DNA of 45,834 nt from a virus, in the IMG/VR virus record IMGVR_UViG_3300045988_134072, positions 1 to 45,834 of that record; one strand, 5' to 3'. Below are positions 1 to 5,562 of this stretch, piece by piece. Position 1 is the first letter of the stretch. The number at the start of each line of letters is the position of its first letter. The position numbers and the translations under genes are program-made. Below the pieces are notes generated by a model, which saw only the letters and a program-made list of their open reading frames with translations, did no database searches and had not been told where the DNA came from.

Positions 1-24
1 CAGAACTAAGATCAATACCAATTA
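1..24. repeat. 24-bp direct terminal repeat, left copy (identical to 45811..45834)
   Basis: cagaactaagatcaataccaatta is read at both window ends. Sequence alone cannot separate a physical terminal redundancy from a circular-assembly overlap. Confidence 0.9.
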
Positions 25-55
25 CGCCTTAAGACTTAAAGCAACGACAGAACTA
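18..55. repeat. 38-bp repeat copy identical to 45781..45818
   Basis: ccaattacgccttaagacttaaagcaacgacagaacta occurs at both places. It is part of a 47-bp-period repeat once the ends are joined. Confidence 0.9.
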
Positions 56-101
56 TAAGATAGAAACCATGATCTATAAGATAGAAACCATGATCTATAA
101 G
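53..101. repeat. 21-bp tandem repeat, about 2.3 copies (ctataagatagaaaccatgat)
   Basis: Perfect copies at 53-73 and 74-94, partial copy at 95-101. Confidence 0.9.
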
Positions 102-509
102 CCATAAGTCGTGAACTAGAGAACTTGAGATAGAGAGCTTTAAACATTAGGTTAAGACTTAAGATATATATTTATATATATACTTGCCCCCCTACCCCCC
201 AAGGGCTTTTACCCTCTCACTATATAGTCTCGTTCCGGCACCCCGCTCACTGTTCACTTTTTTCAATAATGAGATGCATGTCACGCGCAGGCAGTCATGG
301 CATCACGTCCAAAACCGCAGAAACAAGCCAATCGCCCTAAATCGCCTTCCCTGAGGCTGGAGGCATGGGCTGCGACCGGGGTTGCGAGCCTGGGGAGGGG
401 CATGTTAGCATGGGCCGTCAAGCGGTGTGCGGCGTGGTGAATTGGTTGACATGGAAAGCTTGTGACCCGTCGCGGATATTTTTTGCTATGACCGTGTGGT
501 ATTCAGGCG

Positions 510-642
510 CAATTCTTTGGGGGTCATAGCCCCCTATTTAATTGCGCGGTAGAATTGATGTGAGTGCACTCGGATAATTGCGCGTGTGGTTATTTTCTCG
601 CATTTTGGGACAATTCTTTGTTGCTATTGACAACGATTCTTT
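510..642. repeat. short dispersed direct repeats
   Basis: caattcttt at 510 and 611, with variant cgattcttt at about 633. aattgcgcg at 540 and 576. The region has no credible ORF. Confidence 0.6.
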
Positions 643-653
643 AATGCTTTATC

Positions 654-674
654 GCGCGCGATGCGCGCGCTTTT
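654..674 (+). terminator. GC hairpin followed by TTTT (intrinsic-terminator-like)
   Basis: gcgcgcg-atg-cgcgcgc (7-bp stem) then tttt at 671-674. No upstream gene was identified. Confidence 0.3.
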
Positions 675-722
675 AGCGTCGCCGTCTCTCGGCTAATCGT
701 CGCTGCGCTAGCGTCGCCTAGT

Positions 723-774
723 GGGATGGGTGTAGGTGAGGGTGTGGGTAGGGCGCTAGGGACGTGTGTAGGGG
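723..774 (+). other. cluster of seven G3-G4 runs (G-quadruplex-capable)
   Basis: GGG at 723, 728, 740, 746, 751 and 759, and GGGG at 771, separated by short loops. Confidence 0.5.
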
Positions 775-823
775 TGCGCCTGGGGCGTTTTGACAGGTGT
801 GTGTACGCGTGTTATTTGCGGCG

Positions 824-853
824 TTCGTTTGCGAGCTTGCGCGCGTATATAAT
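824..853 (+). promoter_or_regulatory. candidate sigma70-type promoter (TTCGTT-N18-TATAAT)
   Basis: Perfect TATAAT at 848-853 with a weak -35. It points toward the + strand gene arm. A second weaker candidate is TTGACA at 790-795 with TATTTG at 813-818. Confidence 0.3.
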
Positions 854-1266
854 CCGCTTATCGCTGCGGTTTTCGGGGTGGTCGGCGTTGGCGCGTGGGT
901 GGTTGCGTCTTGGAATGTGGTTACTGTACATCTCAGTATGTGGTTGCGTTTGGGTGTCGGGCTTGCATTGGGTAGGCGTCGGGTCTAGACTGATGTCATC
1001 GCCCCTGAGGGAGCGTCCGAGAGACCGGTTGGGTCTCGGAGGCGTTTGCCTGGGTGTGCGCGGGATGTTTGCCCCCTGTGGGGTTTGTGAATTAAATCGT
1101 GGTTGATTTATTGCCTCTTTGGCGCGCGCTTTGCCTAGCGCGGTCACTCAGCTGCTTCAAGTCGCGGCCCTGCGTAGGGCAGGGCGGCGCGCGGCTCACA
1201 CCGTCGCTAGGGCTGGCCTTGAGTTCCCGGCTGGCTTAATCGGGGGCGCGCGTCGTTATTGGACTA

Positions 1267-1341
1267 GGGCGGCTTTGGTGAGCTCCGCGGGCCTCGTTAG
1301 CAGCGGGGGCGCGGGGGCAGGTTCAATCCCTGTACCGCCTA
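1267..1341 (+). ncRNA. tRNA-like element TLE1 (75 nt, near tRNA-sized, degenerate)
   Basis: Acceptor gggcggc/accgcct (6 of 7 pairs). T arm gcagg-ttcaatc-cctgt. Anticodon-position hairpin cctcg-ttagcag-cgggg. No convincing D stem. Followed by hairpin 1375-1393. Confidence 0.5.
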
Positions 1342-1419
1342 CGGGCGCGCCTAATGGTGGGCGGCGCTAACTACGGTCCCCACGGTGGGGGCCTATCTGG
1401 AAATGTGAGAGGTAAGATC

Positions 1420-1746
1420 ATGGCTATTTCTGAGATGATTCGGGGCCTTATGGACTTCGATGTGGAGCCTGGATTTAGCGTCGGTGCGAGGCTTTGCGTC
1501 GTGCTCGATTCGTCGGGTACTGGGTACCTGCTTATCCGTGAGGATAGGACGATTGTGCTCGAATGGGGCGCGGGCGGGGGCATGGTTGGCGTGACCGTGT
1601 CCGATCTGTCGCCGTCTGAAAAGCGCGCAGTTACGCGCGTGGTTCGGGCGATTCGCCCGACGTTTACGCCCGACTGGGGGGTGTGGGAGGGCATGCGTCG
1701 CCGGGTGTCTGGCTATCGCACGATGCTTGCCATGCGTCCCCTGTGA
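1420..1746 (+). CDS. hypothetical protein (cassette gene 1)
   Basis: ATG 1420 follows the conserved leader gaaatgtgagagg, in frame with ORF 1354..1746. No recognisable domain. Confidence 0.6.
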   Translation: MAISEMIRGLMDFDVEPGFSVGARLCVVLDSSGTGYLLIREDRTIVLEWGAGGGMVGVTVSDLSPSEKRAVTRVVRAIRPTFTPDWGVWEGMRRRVSGYRTMLAMRPL

Positions 1747-1773
1747 GGCTTGGGGGCTGATTAGTCCCTGGTT

Positions 1774-1823
1774 TCCCGGCCCTAGTGGTGGGTGTGAGCT
1801 GGGTTCGATTCCCAGGTCGGGAG
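1774..1823 (+). ncRNA. tRNA-like top-half element TLE2 (50 nt, no anticodon arm)
   Basis: Acceptor tcccggc/gtcggga, linker cctagtggtgggtgtgag, T arm ctggg-ttcgatt-cccag, then g c. Hairpin 1826-1844 follows. Confidence 0.7.
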
Positions 1824-1871
1824 CTGACAACCATGGTGGTTGTCTCTTGAAAGAGAGTGAGAGGTTTAACC

Positions 1872-2393
1872 ATGACTTTGGTATGGCATCCCGAGGATTG
1901 GCATCCGGCATTGCAGTGTGCTTGCCAGGCGGTTCGCTGGTCGCTACAGGTGGGCATTTCGTTCCCTGAGATTGTGGACTGGTTCTACTCGGATGGGACG
2001 TTCCCGTGTTCGGATGACTGGGATGAGTGCGTGTTGCGTGCGCGTTGGGAGACGCACACGTGGCGCGACGTTTTCCAGATGTGGGATGAGTGCGGACGTC
2101 CCGAGTACGATCCGAGCTGTTGGGGCTGGGATGAGTGTGATCCTGAGTCCCGGCGCGATGCGCAGGGTAACGCGCGACTCGATGCGGTGGGGGAAATGGT
2201 GTATGACCGCTTCCCCGAGGCTCTGGAATGGGCGGCGCGTGAGCTGGGCTGGGAGATGCGCTGGGGGACTGATTTCCCTGATGGCGTGTTCCCGGCGGGC
2301 GCGATTGCCCTTGATGAGGGTGGTTTGGAAGCGGCGGCGGGGGATGAATGGATTGTGGTTCTGGTTCCCCCGGCTGCGGTTGTGGCAGCTTAG
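1872..2393 (+). CDS. hypothetical Trp/Asp/Glu/Cys-rich protein with three WDEC motifs
   Basis: ATG 1872 is 7 nt after gagagg. DDWDECV, MWDECG and GWDECD are present in the translation. Confidence 0.6.
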   Translation: MTLVWHPEDWHPALQCACQAVRWSLQVGISFPEIVDWFYSDGTFPCSDDWDECVLRARWETHTWRDVFQMWDECGRPEYDPSCWGWDECDPESRRDAQGNARLDAVGEMVYDRFPEALEWAARELGWEMRWGTDFPDGVFPAGAIALDEGGLEAAAGDEWIVVLVPPAAVVAA

Positions 2394-2405
2394 GCTGCTT
2401 GGTTT

Positions 2406-2456
2406 TCGCGGGCTTAGTGGTGAGTGTAGAGCCGGGTTCGATTCCCGGCCCGCGAG
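2406..2456 (+). ncRNA. tRNA-like top-half element TLE3 (51 nt)
   Basis: Acceptor tcgcggg/cccgcga, linker cttagtggtgagtgtagag, T arm ccggg-ttcgatt-cccgg, then g c. Hairpin 2462-2478 follows. Confidence 0.7.
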
Positions 2457-2518
2457 CGGGGGCGCGCGTGGCGTGCGCGTGTCCTATCACAGAGCAATTG
2501 AGAATTGAGGACAAGACG

Positions 2519-2851
2519 ATGGGTTTCATGGCTGAGGTCACGGGCGATGCGTTCGATGCGATGGTGGATGCGTGGGGCGACGTGGATTCGTTCACGCGTG
2601 CGGAGCTTGGCGGCGCGCCCGAATGGGCTGAATATGTCGATGATAGTGGAGAGCTTTTCAATCAGGGTGAGCTTGAATATGCTTTCGAGAACGATTTGAA
2701 CGAGTGCTACGACACGGTTTCCGTGTGTGGGTATGAGTTTGACGCGGGGCGCGCGCTGAGAGAGCTTGACCCTATCGCGTTCCGCTGCGACTTCAATGAC
2801 TGGATTGACGGGCGCATTAGCGACGGCGAACTGCGCCGTATTGAGGACTGA
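2519..2851 (+). CDS. hypothetical protein, GAPxWA family member 1 of 4
   Basis: ELGGAPEWAEYVDDSGELF near the middle and SDGELRRIED at the C-terminus, shared with 3443, 5102 and 5563. Confidence 0.7.
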   Translation: MGFMAEVTGDAFDAMVDAWGDVDSFTRAELGGAPEWAEYVDDSGELFNQGELEYAFENDLNECYDTVSVCGYEFDAGRALRELDPIAFRCDFNDWIDGRISDGELRRIED

Positions 2852-2862
2852 CATGGTTCTCG

Positions 2863-2923
2863 CCCTTGGCAAGTCGGTTGCGCCCCCGTGTGGGGGTCCT
2901 GGGTTCGATTCCTGGGCTTGGGG
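2863..2923 (+). ncRNA. tRNA-like element TLE4 (61 nt, weakened variant)
   Basis: T arm ctggg-ttcgatt-cctgg (two wobble pairs). Outer stem cccttggc/gcttgggg with one U-U mismatch. Internal hairpin ccccc-gtgt-ggggg. Hairpin 2926-2946 follows. Confidence 0.4.
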
Positions 2924-2977
2924 CTGGGCTACCAAGGCGGTGGCCCTACTTGGAATTGTGAGAAAGAGGTTTCTGTC

Positions 2978-3331
2978 ATGACTGTTCTGCATGATATTGA
3001 TTCGGCGGCGTACGCTGTTCGGCACGGGTTCGCGGGTGACATTATCCCGGTCGCAATCAACTTCAACGTTGTTCGTATCCCGCGCCCCGAGGGTGGCGAC
3101 GAATACCGCGTCTATTCGTATCGGACGCTGGTTGCGATTGTGACGCGGGCGGTGGGCACTATTGGCGTGCGTGTTGACATGTGTGCCGACGCGCTGAATC
3201 ACTCGGTTACAACTTCCCGGCATGTGTCGCGTTTCCTGAGTGGCGTGGCGGATGGGCGCGTGGATTGGGACCGGCTTAAGGCGCTGTGTGCGTCGGCTGT
3301 TGGTTCTACGGTCGTTGTTCCCACGGTTTAA
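2978..3331 (+). CDS. hypothetical protein
   Basis: ATG 2978 follows the leader ggaattgtgagaaagagg. Contains YSYRTLVA and NHSVTTSRHV motifs. Function not recognised. Confidence 0.65.
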   Translation: MTVLHDIDSAAYAVRHGFAGDIIPVAINFNVVRIPRPEGGDEYRVYSYRTLVAIVTRAVGTIGVRVDMCADALNHSVTTSRHVSRFLSGVADGRVDWDRLKALCASAVGSTVVVPTV

Positions 3332-3339
3332 CGCGGGTT

Positions 3340-3389
3340 TCCCTAGCCTGTTGGTAGGTGCAATGCAGGTTCGACCCCTGCCTAGGGAG
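3340..3389 (+). ncRNA. tRNA-like top-half element TLE5 (50 nt)
   Basis: Acceptor tccctag/ctaggga (perfect), linker cctgttggtaggtgcaat, T arm gcagg-ttcgacc-cctgc, then g c. Hairpin 3393-3411 follows. Confidence 0.7.
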
Positions 3390-3442
3390 CTGGGCAACCA
3401 TGGTGGTTGCCTATTCTGAGAATGTGAGACGAGGTTTTTACG

Positions 3443-3799
3443 ATGGCGATTCGAATCATGCTCCCTAGCGACGGATATTCGCCCGCGTGGGAGTGGATGA
3501 ATGCGTGGCAGCATGACGCTTTGCGAGAATGGTGGGGCAATAGCTCTCGCCTGGTTCGCGAGAGTGTGGGCGCGCCCGCGTGGGCTGAATACGTGGATAG
3601 GGACGGCGCGGCTTGGTCCCGTGAGGGGCTGCTAACGCGGCTGGTCTTTGATGCTATCGATACGTTTGGCGAGGCGCATGTTGATGCGACGATTAAGGAA
3701 CTCGGCAATGATGGCATGATTGAAATGCTTGACGGGTGGCTTGAGGCCCGCGTGTTCGCGGGTGAGCTGGTTCGCCTCGTTAGCGAGAGTGAGGCGTGA
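3443..3799 (+). CDS. hypothetical protein, GAPxWA family member 2 of 4
   Basis: VGAPAWAEYVDRDGAAW and C-terminal FAGELVRLVSE. Confidence 0.7.
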   Translation: MAIRIMLPSDGYSPAWEWMNAWQHDALREWWGNSSRLVRESVGAPAWAEYVDRDGAAWSREGLLTRLVFDAIDTFGEAHVDATIKELGNDGMIEMLDGWLEARVFAGELVRLVSESEA

Positions 3800-3800
3800 G

Positions 3801-4130
3801 ATGAATCGGGATGAGCTGAAAGCCCTGGTTGAGCGGGCGCGTGAGGATGCGGACTTCCCCGGCTACTTCCTGTACTGCCAGGTGGGCATTAGCGGCGTGC
3901 GTTCGTCGTTTGGGTGGGTTGATTCTGACGGGTTCCTGCGCACGCGCGCTGACTTGGCGGATGAGTGTGAGGCTGAGTTGGATTACTTGTGCGCGGCGGC
4001 GGGCGGTAGTGGCTTGCTGGGGGATGATATGCGTTTGTTTAATCCCGCTGGGTTCGATGAGTGCGTGACTACGTATATTGAACACTTGGTTGCGCAGGGC
4101 GTGCTGATTCCCTTGTATTACGCGGACTAG
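3801..4130 (+). CDS. hypothetical protein
   Basis: ATG 3801 lies one nt after the TGA of the previous gene. It is the only early cassette gene without its own tRNA-like leader. Confidence 0.6.
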   Translation: MNRDELKALVERAREDADFPGYFLYCQVGISGVRSSFGWVDSDGFLRTRADLADECEAELDYLCAAAGGSGLLGDDMRLFNPAGFDECVTTYIEHLVAQGVLIPLYYAD

Positions 4131-4182
4131 CGGGGGGTGGATACTTGGTATTCTGGTTGCGTGACGTGTGACACGCAGGTTA

Positions 4183-4232
4183 TCGCGGGCTTAATGGTGA
4201 GTGCAAGGCTGGTTCGATTCCAGTCCCGCGAG
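4183..4232 (+). ncRNA. tRNA-like top-half element TLE6 (50 nt)
   Basis: Acceptor tcgcggg/cccgcga, linker cttaatggtgagtgcaag, T arm gctgg-ttcgatt-ccagt, then g c. Hairpin 4242-4258 follows. Confidence 0.7.
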
Positions 4233-4290
4233 CGACGGGCAGGTGCCACGGTGGCATCGCCTCGGATACATGGAATAGGAGACAGAGGAA

Positions 4291-4968
4291 ATGAGCGGTG
4301 ACAAGACAATTCGCGTGACGGGCCAGGCCGGGCTGGATGAGGCGCTGGCTAACCCCCCGTCTGATGATGTGGTGATCGTGATCGACTCGCACCCCGGCGA
4401 TTTCATCCCGAACTACGTTTTCGTGATGGATTCGCGCGGGCATGCGGTTGAAGCGTGTGGTGAGTCGCGTGTGGTTGTGTCGGGCCACGCACAGTTGACG
4501 GCGCGGGGGCATAGCATGGTTGAAGCGCAGGATGACGCGGTTGTGCGCGCGACGGACTTCGCGCAGGTTAACTGGCGTGACAGTTCTAGCGGCACGTGCG
4601 GGTACTATGCGCGCGGCCAGGCATGGGACACGGCTAAGGTGGAAACGCGCGCACTGTGTCCGCTGTTCGCGTTCGACAATGCCGAGGTGACGGCGCGCAG
4701 CGCTTCCCGCGTGGTGGCACAGGGCAACGCGTCCGTGTACGCCTACAATCAGGCGGTTGTCGAAATGAGCGGCGACGTTGACGTGACGGCCTACGATCAA
4801 TCGGTTGTCTACTGTGAGGGCGGCGAGGTGTACGCCCGTTGTTGTGCGACAGTGTACGTGATGGGAGACGCGGACAGGCCGAGCGTTGAGGGCGTGCCAA
4901 CCGTGGTTGTGCATGACCTTGCGGGTGACACGCCCGTGACGGGTGGGCCGGTTGTTCTCACCGCGTGA
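4291..4968 (+). CDS. hypothetical protein with periodic V-x-A/beta-strand repeats (beta-helix-like)
   Basis: Recurring segments of about 18-20 aa such as GESRVVVSGHAQLTARGHSMVEAQDDAVVRA and ASRVVAQGNASVYAYNQAVVEMSGDVDVTAYDQSVVY. Confidence 0.65.
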   Translation: MSGDKTIRVTGQAGLDEALANPPSDDVVIVIDSHPGDFIPNYVFVMDSRGHAVEACGESRVVVSGHAQLTARGHSMVEAQDDAVVRATDFAQVNWRDSSSGTCGYYARGQAWDTAKVETRALCPLFAFDNAEVTARSASRVVAQGNASVYAYNQAVVEMSGDVDVTAYDQSVVYCEGGEVYARCCATVYVMGDADRPSVEGVPTVVVHDLAGDTPVTGGPVVLTA

Positions 4969-4988
4969 CAGGGGTGTTGGCCCTTGGT

Positions 4989-5039
4989 TCCCAGGCTTAG
5001 GGGTGAGTGTTTAGGCGGGTTCGATTCCCGCCCTGGGAG
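4989..5039 (+). ncRNA. tRNA-like top-half element TLE7 (51 nt)
   Basis: Acceptor tcccagg/cctggga, linker cttaggggtgagtgtttag, T arm gcggg-ttcgatt-cccgc, then g c. Only small hairpins follow. Confidence 0.7.
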
Positions 5040-5101
5040 CGGGTTCGCGCCCAACAGGGCTGCGGACTGCATTGAAAGCCGAGTGTGAAGGTGGTGACCC
5101 C

Positions 5102-5443
5102 GTGAGGGATATCAGCAAGTGTAAGACGATGGCGGCGGGCGAGTACATGACGCCCAAGCAGGCGTATGACCTCAAAGTGACGTGGGGTGAGGCCGAGTAC
5201 GTGCTGCGTGACGCGATGAACGCGCCCGACTGGGCGCACTTCATTGACTATGAAGGTACCGCGTATTCGGTTGAGTACCTGGCGGAGGAATGGATACAAA
5301 GTGGTGCGGTAGAAGGCGAGCGAGAGCTTATGATCATGCTCTCCCCGGAGCTGACGTCCCAAATCATCTTCAAGTCCATCAGGGAGCTCGTTAAGGCGGG
5401 CGAGCTGTGCGCGATCGTGGACTCACCCGACGATTGGAAGTAA
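5102..5443 (+). CDS. hypothetical protein, GAPxWA family member 3 of 4
   Basis: NAPDWAHFIDYEGTAY and C-terminal KAGELCAIVDS. The start is uncertain: GTG 5102 after gaaggtgg, with alternatives TTG 5072 and ATG 5129. Confidence 0.6.
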   Translation: MRDISKCKTMAAGEYMTPKQAYDLKVTWGEAEYVLRDAMNAPDWAHFIDYEGTAYSVEYLAEEWIQSGAVEGERELMIMLSPELTSQIIFKSIRELVKAGELCAIVDSPDDWK

Positions 5444-5457
5444 CCCCAAGGGGGGTT

Positions 5458-5510
5458 TCCCTGGCGCTCGATGGGTGAGCGTCGTGCCGGTTCGAGTCCG
5501 GGCCAGGGGG
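5458..5510 (+). ncRNA. tRNA-like element TLE8 (53 nt, retains D-arm-like hairpin)
   Basis: Acceptor tccctgg/ccagggg. D-like hairpin cgctc-gatgggt-gagcg. T arm gccgg-ttcgagt-ccggg (4 bp plus one mismatch), then g c. Hairpin 5516-5536 follows. Confidence 0.65.
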
Positions 5511-5562
5511 CGATAGACAAACCACCCTGGTTTGTCTTGACATGAAACGAGAGTGATGCAAA

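Larger units (their letters stand above)
1..190. other. AT-rich, repeat-dense non-coding block (candidate cos/pac, origin or partition-type site)
   Basis: Visibly AT-rich against a GC-rich genome. Contains tandem 47-bp and 21-bp units, recurring taagactta and gaacta words, and a TA-rich run at about 163-182. It lies upstream of the HNH/terminase genes if the ends are joined. Confidence 0.5.

Noticed and set aside
1-101. CRISPR array hypothesis for the 47-bp and 21-bp repeats
   Set aside because: The repeats are directly tandem with no unique spacers, there are only about 2 copies each, and no cas genes are present.
446-480. Promoter built on the perfect TTGACA at 446-451
   Set aside because: No acceptable -10 hexamer lies at 16-19 nt spacing. 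The nearest, gatatt, is 23 nt away.
1224-1246. 5'-half-like copy (ttcccggctggcttaatcggggg) of the tRNA-like element
   Set aside because: No T arm or 3' acceptor strand follows, so it cannot form the fold.
726-1370. ORF-track entries in the left non-coding region (726-1106, 797-988, 812-1147, 1119-1370)
   Set aside because: Gly/Val/Arg/Cys-rich strings with mutually overlapping frames. None has a Shine-Dalgarno-like sequence, and they are unlike any phage protein I recognise.
1753-1762. ggggctgatt, identical to the first 10 nt typical of tmRNA 5' ends
   Set aside because: No complementary 3' strand, tag reading frame or pseudoknot context is present. The adjacent T arm pairs with a different, closer acceptor strand, so this is likely coincidence.
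1393-2661. 422-aa ORF on the - strand across the first cassette genes
   Set aside because: The translation is Pro/Ser/His/Arg-rich low complexity. It is antisense to three + strand genes with conserved leaders and runs through three tRNA-like elements. This is a typical spurious long ORF in GC-rich DNA.
1267-5536. Integron-like gene cassettes, with the structured elements acting as attC sites
   Set aside because: The elements carry a canonical tRNA T-loop and elbow motif rather than the RYYYAAC/GTTRRRY inverse-core pairs. The integrase is 8 kb away in the same orientation with no attI-like arrangement. This remains an alternative to test but is not favoured.
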